Origin: Bugula neritina
Lineage: Eukaryota; Animalia; Bryozoa
Length of the DNA stretch: 64,000 bases
Assembly (NCBI GenBank): GCA_964035545.1
Contig: OZ037772.1
Span: 2,418,001 to 2,482,000 of the forward strand
Direction: 5' to 3'
Below the pieces are notes generated by a model. That model was not told the DNA's origin and made no database searches. It worked only from the letters and a program-made list of their open reading frames with translations. Of this stretch, positions 1-18,000 are shown piece by piece. The stretch's first letter is position 1. Each line of letters begins with the position of its first letter. The position numbers were made by a program, and so were the translations under genes.

Positions 1-3000
1 TATAACATAGTATACTGTATAACATAATATACTGTATAACATAGTCTACTGTATAACATAGTATATACTGTATAACATAATATACTGTATAACATAGTAT
101 ACTGTATAACATAGTATACTGTATAACGTAGTATACTGTATAACATATTGTACTGTATAACATAATATACTGTATAACATAGTATACTGCATAACATAAT
201 ATACTGTATAACATAATATACTGTATAACATAATATACTGTATAACATAATATACTGTATAACATAATATACTGTATAACATAGTATATACTGTATAACA
301 TAATATACTGTATAACATAGTATACTGTATAACAAAGTATATACTGTATAACATAATATACTGTATAACATAGTATACTGTATAACGTAGTATACTGTAT
401 AACGTAGTATACTGTATAACATAATGTACTGTATAACATAATATACTGTATAACATAGTATACTGCATAACATAATATACTGTATAACATAGTATACTGT
501 ATAGCATAATATACTGTATAACATAGTATACTGTACAACATAATATACTGTATAACATAGTATACTGTATAACATAACATACTGTATAACATAGTATACT
601 GTATAACATAATATACTATATAACGTAGTATACCGTATAACATAGTATACTGTATGACATAATATACTGTATAACATAGTACACTGTATAACATAGTATA
701 TACTGTATAACATAATATACTGTATAACATAGTATACTGTTTAACATAATATACTGTATAACATAGTATACTGTATGACATAGTATACTGTATAACAAAA
801 TATACTGTATAACATATTATACAGTATAACATAGTATACTGTATAACATAATATACTGTATAACATAGTATATACTGTATAACATAATATACTGTATAAC
901 ATAATATACTGTATAACATAGTATACTGTATAACATAATATACTATATAACGTAGTATACCGTAAGACATAGTATACTGTATGACATAATATACTGTATA
1001 ACATAATATATACTCTACAACATAGTATACTGTATAACATAGTATACTGTATGACATAATATACTGTATAACATAGTATATCGTATAACATAGTATACTG
1101 TATAACATAGTATACTGTATAACATAATATACTGTATAACATAATATGCTGTATAACATAATATACTGTATAACATAGTATACTGTATAACATAATATAC
1201 TGTATAACATAGTATACCGTATAACATAGTATACTGTATAACATAGTATACTGTATAACATAATATACTGTATAACATAATATAGGTACTGTATAACATA
1301 ATATACTGTATAACATAGTATACTGTATAACATAGTATACTGTATGACATAATATACTGTATAACATAATATACTGTATAACATAATATACTGTATAACA
1401 TAGTATGCTGTATAACATAATATGCTGTATAACATAATATACTGTATAACATAATATACTGTATAACATAGTATACTGTATAACATAGTATACTGTATAA
1501 CATAGTATACTGTATAACATAATATACTGTATGACATAATATACTGTATAACATAATATACTGTATAACATAATATACTGTATAACATAATATACTGTAT
1601 AACCTAATACACTGTATAACATAATATATTGTATAACATAGTATACTGTATAACATAGTATACTGTATAACATAATATACTGTATAACATAATATGCTGT
1701 ATAACATAGTATACTGTATAACATAGTATACTGTATAACATAATATATTGTATAACATAATACACTGTATAACATAATATGCTGTATAACATAATATACT
1801 TTATAACATAGTATACTGTATAACATAGTATACTGTATAACGTAGTATACTGTATAACATAATGTACTGTATAACATAATATACTGTATAACATAGTATA
1901 CTGCATAACATAATATACTGTCTAACATAGTATACTGTATAGCATAATATACTGTATAACACAGTATACTGTATAACATAGTATACTGTATAACATAGTC
2001 TACTGTATAACATAGTATATACTGTATAACATAATATACTGTATAACATAGTATACTGTATAACAAAGTATATACTGTATAACATAGTATACTGTATAAC
2101 ATAATATACTATATAACGTAGTATACCGTATAACATAGTATACTGTATGACATAATATACTGTATAACATAGTATACTGTATAACATAGTATATACTGTA
2201 TAACATAATATACTGTATAACATAGTATACTGTTTAACATAATATACTGTATAACATAGTATACTGTATGACATAGTATACTGTATAACAAAATATACTG
2301 TATAACATATTATACAGTATAACATAGTATACTGTATAACATAATATACTGTATAACATAGTATATACTGTATAACATAATATACTGTATAACATAATAT
2401 ACTGTATAACATAGTATACTGTATAACATAATATACTATATAACGTAGTATACCGTATAACATAGTATACTGTATGACATAATATACTGTATAACATAAT
2501 ATATACTCTACAACATAGTATACTGTATAACATCGTATACTGTATGACATAATATACTGTATGACATAGTATACCGTATAACATAGTATACTGTATAACA
2601 TAGTATACTGTATAACATAATATACTGTATAACATAATATGCTGTATAACATAATATACTGTATAACATAGTATACTGTATAACATAATATACTGTATAA
2701 CATAGTATACCGTATAACATAGTATACTGTATAACATAGTATACTGTATAACATAATATACTGTATAACATAATATAGGTACTGTATAACATAATATACT
2801 GTATAACATAGTATACTGTATAACATAGTATACTGTATGACATAATATACTGTATAACATAATATACTGTATAACATAATATACTGTATAACATAGTATG
2901 CTGTATAACATAATATGCTGTATAACATAATATACTGTATAACATAATATACTGTATAACATAGTATACTGTATAACATAGTATACTGTATAACATAGTA

Positions 3001-6000
3001 TACTGTATAACATAATATACTGTATGACATAATATACTGTATAACATAATATACTGTATAACATAATATACTGTATAACATAATATACTGTATAACCTAA
3101 TACACTGTATAACATAATATACTGTATAACATAGTATACTGTATAACATAGTATACTGTATAACATAATATACTGTATAACATAATATGCTGTATAACAT
3201 AGTATACTGTATAACATAGTATACTGTATAACATAATATATTGTATAACATTATACACTGTATAACATAATATGCTGTATAACATAATATACTGTATAAC
3301 ATAGTATACTGTATAACATAGTATACTGTATAACGTAGTATACTGTATAACATAATGTACTGTATAACATAATATACTGTATAACATAGTATACTGCATA
3401 ACATAATATACTGTATAACATAGTATACTGTATAGCCTAATATACTGTATAACATAGTATACTGTATAACATAGTATACTGTATAACATAGTCTACTGTA
3501 TAACATAGTATATACTGTATAACATAATATACTGTATAACATAGTATACTGTATAACAAAGTATATACTGTATAACATAATATACTGTATAACATAGTAT
3601 ACTGTATAACATAGTATACTGTATAACGTAGTATACTGTATAACATAATGTACTGTATAACATAATATACTGTATAACATAGTATACTGCATAACATAAT
3701 ATACTGTATAACATAGTATACTGTATAGCACAATATACTGTATAACATAGTATACTGTACAACATAATATACTGTATAACATAGTATACTGTATAACATA
3801 ATATACTGTATAACATATTATACAGTATAACATAGTATACTGTATAATATAGTATATACTGTATAACATAATACACTGTATAACATAATATACTGTATAA
3901 CATAGTATACTGTATAACATAATATACTATATAACGTAGTATACCGTATAACATAGTATACTGTATGACATAATATACTGTATAACATAGTATACTGTAT
4001 AACATAGTATATACTGTATAACATAACATACTGTATAACATAGTATACTGTATAACATAATATACTGTATAACATAGTATACTGTATGACATAGTATACT
4101 GTATAACAAAATATACTGTATAACATATTATACAGTATAACATAGTAAACTGTATTACATAATATACTGTATAACATAGTATATACTGTATAACATAATA
4201 TACTGTATAACATAGTATACTGTATGACATAGTATACTGTATAACATAATATACTGTATAACATAGTATACTGTATAGCATAATATACTGTATAACATAG
4301 TATACTGTACAACATAATATACTGTATAACATAGTATACTGTATAACATAACATACTGTATAACATATTATACAGTATAACATAGTATACTGTATAACAT
4401 AGTATATACTGTATAACATAATATACTGTATAACATAATATACTGTATAACATAGTATACTGTATAACATAATATACTATATAACGTAGTATACCGTATA
4501 ACATAGTATACTGTATGACATAATATACTGTATAACATAGTACACTGTATAACATAGTATATACTGTATAACATAATATACTGTATAACATAGTATACTG
4601 TTTAACATAATATACTGTATAACATAGTATACTGTATGACATAGTATACTGTATAACAAAATATACTGTATAACATATTATACAGTATAACATAGTATAC
4701 TGTATAACATAATATACTGTATAACATAGTATATACTGTATAACATAATATACTGTATAACATAATATACTGTATAACATAGTATACTGTATAACATAAT
4801 ATACTATATAACGTAGTATACCGTAAGACATAGTATACTGTATGACATAATATACTGTATAACATAATATATACTCTACAACATAGTATACTGTATAACA
4901 TAGTATACTGTATGACATAATATACTGTATAACATAGTATATCGTATAACATAGTATACTGTATAACATAGTATACTGTATAACATAATATACTGTATAA
5001 CATAATATGCTGTATAACATAATATACTGTATAACATAGTATACTGTATAACATAATATACTGTATAACATAGTATACCGTATAACATAGTATACTGTAT
5101 AACATAGTATACTGTATAACATAATATACTGTATAACATAATATAGGTACTGTATAACATAATATACTGTATAACATAGTATACTGTATAACATAGTATA
5201 CTGTATGACATAATATACTGTATAACATAATATACTGTATAACATAATATACTGTATAACATAGTATGCTGTATAACATAATATGCTGTATAACATAATA
5301 TACTGTATAACATAATATACTGTATAACATAGTATACTGTATAACATAGTATACCGTATAACATAGTATACTGTATAACATAGTATACTGTATAACATAA
5401 TATACTGTATAACATAATATAGGTACTGTATAACATAATATACTGTATAACATAGTATACTGTATAACATAGTATACTGTATGACATAATATACTGTATA
5501 ACATAATATACTGTATAACATAATATACTGTATAACATAGTATGCTGTATAACATAATATGCTGTATAACATAATATACTGTATAACATAATATACTGTA
5601 TAACATAGTATACTGTATAACATAGTATACTGTATAACATAGTATACTGTATAACATAATATACTGTATGACATAATATACTGTATAACATAATATACTG
5701 TATAACATAATATACTGTATAACATAATATACTGTATAACCTAATACACTGTATAACATAATATACTGTATAACATAGTATACTGTATAACATAGTATAC
5801 TGTATAACATAATATACTGTATAACATAATATGCTGTATAACATAGTATACTGTATAACATAGTATACTGTATAACATAATATATTGTATAACATTATAC
5901 ACTGTATAACATAATATGCTGTATAACATAATATACTGTATAACATAGTATACTGTATAACATAGTATACTGTATAACGTAGTATACTGTATAACATAAT

Positions 6001-9000
6001 GTACTGTATAACATAATATACTGTATAACATAGTATACTGCATAACATAATATACTGTATAACATAGTATACTGTATAGCCTAATATACTGTATAACATA
6101 GTATACTGTATAACATAGTATACTGTATAACATAGTCTACTGTATAACATAGTATATACTGTATAACATAATATACTGTATAACATAGTATACTGTATAA
6201 CAAAGTATATACTGTATAACATAATATACTGTATAACATAGTATACTGTATAACATAGTATACTGTATAACGTAGTATACTGTATAACATAATGTACTGT
6301 ATAACATAATATACTGTATAACATAGTATACTGCATAACATAATATACTGTATAACATAGTATACTGTATAGCACAATATACTGTATAACATAGTATACT
6401 GTACAACATAATATACTGTATAACATAGTATACTGTATAACATAATATACTGTATAACATATTATACAGTATAACATAGTATACTGTATAATATAGTATA
6501 TACTGTATAACATAATACACTGTATAACATAATATACTGTATAACATAGTATACTGTATAACATAATATACTATATAACGTAGTATACCGTATAACATAG
6601 TATACTGTATGACATAATATACTGTATAACATAGTATACTGTATAACATAGTATATACTGTATAACATAACATACTGTATAACATAGTATACTGTATAAC
6701 ATAATATACTGTATAACATAGTATACTGTATGACATAGTATACTGTATAACAAAATATACTGTATAACATATTATACAGTATAACATAGTAAACTGTATT
6801 ACATAATATACTGTATAACATAGTATATACTGTATAACATAATATACTGTATAACATAGTATACTGTATGACATAGTATACTGTATAACATAATATACTG
6901 TATAACATAGTATACTGTATAGCATAATATACTGTATAACATAGTATACTGTACAACATAATATACTGTATAACATAGTATACTGTATAACATAACATAC
7001 TGTATAACATATTATACAGTATAACATAGTATACTGTATAACATAGTATATACTGTATAACATAATATACTGTATAACATAATATACTGTATAACATAGT
7101 ATACTGTATAACATAATATACTATATAACGTAGTATACCGTATAACATAGTATACTGTATGACATAATATACTGTATAACATAGTACACTGTATAACATA
7201 GTATATACTGTATAACATAATATACTGTATAACATAGTATACTGTTTAACATAATATACTGTATAACATAGTATACTGTATGACATAGTATACTGTATAA
7301 CAAAATATACTGTATAACATATTATACAGTATAACATAGTATACTGTATAACATAATATACTGTATAACATAGTATATACTGTATAACATAATATACTGT
7401 ATAACATAATATACTGTATAACATAGTATACTGTATAACATAATATACTATATAACGTAGTATACCGTAAGACATAGTATACTGTATGACATAATATACT
7501 GTATAACATAATATATACTCTACAACATAGTATACTGTATAACATAGTATACTGTATGACATAATATACTGTATAACATAGTATATCGTATAACATAGTA
7601 TACTGTATAACATAGTATACTGTATAACATAATATACTGTATAACATAATATGCTGTATAACATAATATACTGTATAACATAGTATACTGTATAACATAA
7701 TATACTGTATAACATAGTATACCGTATAACATAGTATACTGTATAACATAGTATACTGTATAACATAATATACTGTATAACATAATATAGGTACTGTATA
7801 ACATAATATACTGTATAACATAGTATACTGTATAACATAGTATACTGTATGACATAATATACTGTATAACATAATATACTGTATAACATAATATACTGTA
7901 TAACATAGTATGCTGTATAACATAATATGCTGTATAACATAATATACTGTATAACATAATATACTGTATAACATAGTATACTGTATAACATAGTATACTG
8001 TATAACATAGTATACTGTATAACATAATATACTGTATGACATAATATACTGTATAACATAATATACTGTATAACATAATATACTGTATAACATAATATAC
8101 TGTATAACCTAATACACTGTATAACATAATATATTGTATAACATAGTATACTGTATAACATAGTATACTGTATAACATAATGTACTGTATAACATAATAT
8201 GCTGTATAACATAGTATACTGTATAACATAGTATACTGTATAACATAATATATTGTATAACATAATACACTGTATAACATAATATGCTGTATAACATAAT
8301 ATACTTTATAACATAGTATACTGTATAACATAGTATACTGTATAACGTAGTATACTGTATAACATAATGTACTGTATAACATAATATACTGTATAACATA
8401 GTATACTGCATAACATAATATACTGTATAACAAAGTATACTGTATAGCATAATATACTGTATAACACAGTATACTGTATAACATAGTATACTGTATAACA
8501 TAGTCTACTGTATAACATAGTATATACTGTATAACATAATATACTGTATAACATAGTATACTGTATAACAAAGTATATACTGTATAACATAGTATACTGT
8601 ATAACATAATATACTATATAACGTAGTATACCGTATAACATAGTATACTGTATGACATAATATACTGTATAACATAGTATACTGTATAACATAGTATATA
8701 CTGTATAACATAATATACTGTATAACATAGTATACTGTTTAACATAATATACTGTATAACATAGTATACTGTATGACATAGTATACTGTATAACAAAATA
8801 TACTGTATAACATATTATACAGTATAACATAGTATACTGTATAACATAATATACTGTATAACATAGTATATACTGTATAACATAATATACTGTATAACAT
8901 AATATACTGTATAACATAGTATACTGTATAACATAATATACTATATAACGTAGTATACCGTATAACATAGTATACTGTATGACATAATATACTGTATAAC

Positions 9001-12000
9001 ATAATATATACTCTACAACATAGTATACTGTATAACATAGTATACTGTATGACATAATATACTGTATGACATAGTATACCGTATAACATAGTATACTGTA
9101 TAACATAGTATACTGTATAACATAATATACTGTATAACATAATATGCTGTATAACATAATATACTGTATAACATAGTATACTGTATAACATAATATACTG
9201 TATAACATAGTATACCGTATAACATAGTATACTGCATAACATAGTATACTGTATAACATAATATACTGTATAACATAATATAGGTACTGTATAACATAAT
9301 ATACTGTATAACATAGTATACTGTATAACATAGTATACTGTATGACATAATATACTGTATAACATAATATACTGTATAACATAATATACTGTATAACATA
9401 GTATGCTGTATAACATAATATGCTGTATAACATAATATACTGTATAACATAATATACTGTATAACATAGTATACTGTATAACATAGTATACTGTATAACA
9501 TAGTATACTGTATAACATAATATACTGTATGACCTAATATACTGTATAACATAATATACTGTATAACATAATATACTGTATAACATAATATACTGTATAA
9601 CCTAATACACTGTATAACATAATATACTGTATAACATAGTATACTGTATAACATAGTATACTGTATAACATAATATACTGTATAACATAATATGCTGTAT
9701 AACATAGTATACTGTATAATATAGTATACTGTATAACATAATATATTGTATAACATTATACACTGTATAACATAATATGCTGTATAACATAATATACTGT
9801 ATAACATAGTATACTGTATAACATAGTATACTGTATAACGTAGTATACTGTATAACATAATGTACTGTATAACATAATATACTGTATAACATAGTATACT
9901 GCATAACATAATATACTGTATAACATAGTATACTGTATAGCCTAATATACTGTATAACATAGTATACTGTATAACATAGTATACTGTATAACATAGTCTA
10001 CTGTATAACATAGTATATACTGTATAACATAATATACTGTATAACATAGTATACTGTATAACAAAGTATATACTGTATAACATAATATACTGTATAACAT
10101 AGTATACTGTATAACATAGTATACTGTATAACATAATATACTGTATAACATAGTATACTGTATAACATAATATACTATATAACGTAGTATACCGTATAAC
10201 ATAGTATACTGTATGACATAATATACTGTATAACATAGTATACTGTATAACATAGTATATACTGTATAACATAACATACTGTATAACATAGTATACTGTA
10301 TAACATAATATACTGTATAACATAGTATACTGTATGACATAGTATACTGTATAACAAAATATACTGTATAACATATTATACAGTATAACATAGTAAACTG
10401 TATTACATAATATACTGTATAACATAGTATATACTGTATAACATAATATACTGTATAACATAGTATACTGTATGACATAGTATACTGTATAACATAATAT
10501 ACTGTATAACATAATATACAGTATAACATAGTATACTGTATAACATAGTATACTGTATAACATAGTATACTGTATAACATAGTATACTGTATTACATAAT
10601 ATACTGTATAACATAGTATACTGTATAACATAGTACACTGTATAACATAGTATACTGTATAACATAATATACTGTATAACATAGTATACCGTATAACATA
10701 GTATACCGTATAACATAGTATACTGTATAACATAGTATACTGTATAACATAGTATACTGTATAACATAAAATACTGTATAACATAGTATACTGTATAACA
10801 TAGTATACTGTATAACATAGTATACTGTATAACATAGCATACTGTATAACATAGTATACTGTATAACATAGTATACTGTATAACATAATATACTGTATAA
10901 CATAGTATACCGTATAACATAGTATACCGTATAACATAGTATACTGTATAACATAGTATACTGTATAACATAATATACTGTACAACATAGTATACTGTAT
11001 AACATAATATACTGTATAACATAATATACTGTATAACATAGTATACTGTATAACATAGTATACTGTATAACATAGTATACTGTATAACATAATATGCTGT
11101 ATGACATAATATACTGTATAACATAATATACCTTATAACATAATATACTGTATAACATAATATACTGTATAACATAGTATACTGTATAACATAGTATACT
11201 GTATAACATAGTATACCGTATAACATAGTATACTGTATAACATAATATACTGTATAACATATTATAGGTACTGTATAACATAATATACTGTATAACATAA
11301 TACACTGTATAACATAATATACTGTATAACATGATATGCTGTATAACATAATATACTGTATAACATAGTATACTGTATAACATAATATACTGTATAACAT
11401 AGTATACCGTATAACATAGTATACTGTATAACATAGTATACTGTATAACATAATATACTGTATAACATAATATAGGTACTGTATAACATAATATACTGTA
11501 TAACATAGTATACTGTATAACATAGTATACTGTATGACATAATATACTGTATAACATAATATACTGTATAACATAATATACTGTATAACCTAATATACTG
11601 TATAACACAATATACTGTATAACATAGTATACTGTATAACATAGTATACTGTATAACATAAAATACTGTATAACATAGTATGCTGTATAACATAATATGC
11701 TGTATAACATAATATACTGTATAACATAATATACTGTATAACATAGTATACTGTATAACATAGTATACTGCATAACATAGTATACTGTATAACATAATAT
11801 ACTGTATGACATAATATACTGTATAACATAATATACTGTATAACATAATATACTGTATAACATAATATACTGTATAACATAATATACTGTATAACATAAT
11901 ATACTGTATAACATAGTATACTGTATAACATAGTATACTGTATAACATAATATACTGTATAACATAATATGCTGTATAACATAGTATACTGTATAACATA

Positions 12001-15000
12001 GTATACTGTATAACATATAATATTGTATAACATAATACACTGTATAACATAATATGCTGTATAACATAATATGCTGTATAACATAATATACTGTATAACA
12101 TAAGATACTGTATAACATAGTATACTGTATAACATAGTGTACTGTATAACATAGTATACTGTATAACATAATATACTGTATGACATAATATACTGTATAA
12201 CATAGTATACTGTATAACATAGTATACTGTATAACATAACATATTGTATAACATAATACACTGTATAACATAATATGCTGTATAACATAATATGCTGTAT
12301 AACATAATATACTGTATAACATAAGATACTGTATAACATAGTATACTGTATAACATAGTATACTGTATAACATAGTATACTGTATAACATAGTATACTGT
12401 ATAACATAATATACAGTATAACATAGTATACTGTATAACATAATATACTGTATAACATAATATACAGTATAACATAGTATACTGTATAACATAGTATACT
12501 GTATAACATACTATACTGTATAACATAGTATACTGTATTACATAATATACTGTATAACATAGTATACTGTATAACATAGTATACTGTATAACATAGTATA
12601 CTGTATAACATAATATACTGTATAACATAGTATACTGTATAACATAGTATACCGTATAACATAGTATACTGTATAACATAGTATACTGTATAACATAGTA
12701 TACTGTATAACATAGTATACTGTATAACATAGTATACTGTATAACATAATATACTGTATAACATAATATACTGTATAACATGGTATACTGTATAACATGG
12801 TATACTGTATAACATAGTATACTGTATAACATAGTATACTGTATAACATAGTATACTGTATAACATAGTATACTGTATAACATAGTATACTGTATAACAT
12901 AGTATACTGTATAACATAGTATACTGTATAACATAGTATACCGTATAACATAGTATACTGTATAACATAATATACTGTATAACATATTATACTGTATAAC
13001 ATAGTATACTGTATAACATAATATACTGTATAACATAGTATACTGTATAACATAGTATACTGTATAACATAGTATACTGTATAACATAGTATACTGTATA
13101 ACATAGTATACTGTATGACATAGTATGCTGTATGACATAATATGCTGTATGACATAATATACTGTATAACATAATATACTGTATAACATAATATACTGTA
13201 TAACATAGTATACTGTATAACATAGTATACTGTATAACCTAGTATACCGTATAACATAGTATACTGTATAACATAGTATACTGTATAACATAATATACTG
13301 TATAACATAATATAGGTACTGTATAACATAATATACTGTATAACATAATACACTGTATAACATAATATACTGTATAACATAATATGCTGTATAACATAAT
13401 ATACTGTATAACATAGTATACTGTATAACATAATATACTGTATAACATAGTATACCGTATAACATAGTATACTGTATAACATAGTATACTGTATAACATA
13501 GTATACTGTATAACATAATATACTGTATAACATAATATAGGTACTGTATAACATAATATACTGTGTAACATAGTATACTGTATAACATAGTATACTGTAT
13601 GACATAGTATACTGTATGACATAATATACTGTATAACATAATATACTGTATAACATAATATACTGTATAACCTAATATACTGTATAACACAATATACTGT
13701 ATAACATAGTATACTGTATAATATAGTATACTGTATAACATAAAATACTGTATAACATAGTATGCTGTATAACATAATATGCTGTATAACATAATATACT
13801 GTATAACATAATATACTGTATAACATAGTATACTGTATAACATAGTATACTGTATAACATAGTATACTGTATAACATAATATACTGTATGACATAATATA
13901 CTGTATAACATAATATACTGTATAACATAATATACTGTATAACATAATATACTGTATAACCTAATACACTGTATAACATAATATACTGTATAACATAGTA
14001 TACTGTATAACATAGTATACTGTATAACATAATATACTGTATAACATAATATGCTGTATAACATAATATACTGTATAACATAGTATACTGTATAACATAA
14101 TATATTGTATAACATAATACACTGTATAACATAATATGCTGTATAACATAATATGCTGTATAACATAATATACTGTATAACATAAGATACTGTATAACAT
14201 AGTATACTGTATAACATAATATACTGTATAACATAATATACTGTATAACATAGTATACTGTATAACATAGTATACTGTATAACATAGTATACCGTATAAC
14301 ATAGTATACTGTATAACATAATATACTGTATAACATATTATAGGTACTGTATAACATAATAAACTGTATAACATAATACACTGTATAACATAATATACTG
14401 TATAACATGATATGCTGTATAACATAATATACTGTATAACATAGTATACTGTATAACATAATATACTGTATAACATAGTATACCGTATAACATAGTATAC
14501 TGTATAACATAGTATACTGTATAACATAATATACTGTATAACATAATATAGGTACTGTATAACATAATATACTGTATAACATAGTATACTGTATGACATA
14601 ATATACTGTATAACATAATATACTGTATAACATAATATACTGTATAACCTAATATACTGTATAACACAATATACTGTATAACATAGTATACTGTATAACA
14701 TAGTATACTGTATAACATAAAATACTGTATAACATAGTATGCTGTATAACATAATATGCTGTATAACATAATATACTGTATAACATAATATACTGTATAA
14801 CATAGTATACTGTATAACATAGTATACTGTATAACATAGTATACTGTATAACATAATATACTGTATGACATTATATACTGTATAACATAATATACTGTAT
14901 AACATAATATACTGTATAACATAATATACTGTATAACATAATATACTGTATAACATAGTATACTGTATAACATAGTATACTGTATAACATAATATACTGT

Positions 15001-18000
15001 ATAACATAATATGCTGTATAACATAGTATACTGTATAACATAGTATACTGTATAACATATAATATTGTATAACATAATACACTGTATAACATAATATGCT
15101 GTATAACATAATATGCTGTATAACATAATATACTGTATAACATAAGATACTGTATAACATAGTCTACTGTATAACATAGTATACTGTATAACATAGTATA
15201 CTGTATAACATAGTATACTGTATAACATAATATACTGTATAACATAATATACTGTATAACATAGTATACTGTATAACATAGTATACTGTATAACATAACA
15301 TATTGTATAACATAATACACTGTATAACATAATATGCTGTATAACATAATATGCTGTATAACATAATATACTGTATAACATAAGATACTGTATAACATAG
15401 TATACTGTATAACATAGTATACTGTATAACATAGTATACTGTATAACATAGTATACTGTATAACATAATATACAGTATAACATAGTATACTGTATAACAT
15501 AATATACTGTATAACATAATATACAGTATAACATAGTATACTGTATAACATAGTATACTGTATAACATACTATACTGTATAACATAGTATACTGTATTAC
15601 ATAATATACTGTATAACATAGTATACTGTATAACATAGTATACTGTATAACATAGTATACTGTATAACATAATATACTGTATAACATAGTATACTGTATA
15701 ACATAGTGTACCGTATAACATAGTATACTGTATAACATAGTATACTGTATAACATAATATACTGTATAACATAGTATACTGTATAACATAATATACTGTA
15801 TAACATAATATACTGTATAACATAGTATACTGTATAACATAGTATACTGTATAACATAGTATACTGTATAACATAGTATACTGTATAACATAGTATACTG
15901 TATAACATAGTATACTGTATAACATAGTATACTGTATAACATAGTATACTGTATAACATAGTATACTGTATAACATAGTATACCGTATAACATAGTATAC
16001 TGTATAACATAGTATACTGTATAACATAATATACTGTATAACATATTATACTGTATAACATAGTATACTGTATAACATAATATACTGTATAACATAGTAT
16101 ACTGTATAACATAGTATACTGTATAACATAGTATACTGTATAACATAGTATACTGTATAACATAGTATACTGTATGACATAGTATGCTGTATGACATAAT
16201 ATGCTGTATGACATAATATACTGTATAACATAATATACTGTATAACATAATATACTGTATAACATAGTATACTGTATAACATAGTATACTGTATAACCTA
16301 GTATACCGTATAACATAGTATACTGTATAACATAGTAAACTGTATAACATAATATACTGTATAACATAATATAGGTACTGTATAACATAATATACTGTAT
16401 AACATAATACACTGTATAACATAATATACTGTATAACATAATATGCTGTATAACATAATATACTGTATAACATAGTATACTGTATAACATAATATACTGT
16501 ATAACATAGTATACCGTATAACATAGTATACTGTATAACATAGTATACTGTATAACATAGTATACTGTATAACATAATATACTGTATAACATAATATAGG
16601 TACTGTATAACATAATATACTGTGTAACATAGTATACTGTATAACATAGTATACTGTATGACATAATATACTGTATAACATAATATACTGTATAACATAA
16701 TATACTGTAAAACCTAATATACTGTATAACACAATATACTGTATAACATAGTATACTGTATAATATAGTATACTGTATAACATAAAATACTGAATAACAT
16801 AGTATGCTGTATAACATAATATGCTGTATAACATAATATACTGTATAACATAATATACTGTATAACATAGTATACTGTATAACATAGTATACTGTATAAC
16901 ATAGTATACTGTATAACATAATATACTGTATGACATAATATACTGTATAACATAATATACTGTATAACATAATATACTGTATAACATAATATACTGTATA
17001 ACCTAATACACTGTATAACATAATATACTGTATAACATAGTATACTGTATAACATAGTATACTGTATAACATAATATACTGTATAACATAATATGCTGTA
17101 TAACATAATATACTGTATAACATAGTATACTGTATAACATAATATATTGTATAACATAATACACTGTATAACATAATATGCTGTATAACATAATATGCTG
17201 TATAACATAATATACTGTATAACATAAGATACTGTATAACATAGTATACTGTATAACATAGTATACTGTATAACATAGTATACTGTATAACATAATATAC
17301 TGTATAACATAATATACTGTATAACATAGTATACTGTATAACATAGTATTCCGTATAACATAGTATACTGTATAACATAGTATACTGTATAACATAGTAT
17401 ACTGTATAACATAATATACTGTATAACATAGTATACTGTATAACATAATATACTGTATAACATAATATACTGTATAACATAGTATACTGTATAACATAGT
17501 ATACTGTATAACATAGTATACTGTATAACATAGTATACTGTATAACATAGTATACTGTATAACATAGTATACTGTATAACATAGTATACTGTATAACATA
17601 GTATACTGTATAACATAGTATACTGTATAACATAGTATACCGTATAACATAGTATACTGTATAACATAGTATACTGTATAACATAATATACTGTATAACA
17701 TATTATACTGTATAACATAGTATACTGTATAACATAATATACTGTATAACATAGTATACTGTATAACATAGTATACTGTATAACATAGTATACTGTATAA
17801 CATAGTATACTGTATAACATAGTATACTGTATGACATAGTATGCTGTATGACATAATATGCTGTATGACATAATATACTGTATAACATAATATACTGTAT
17901 AACATAATATACTGTATAACATAGTATACTGTATAACATAGTATACTGTATAACCTAGTATACCGTATAACATAGTATACTGTATAACATAGTATACTGT

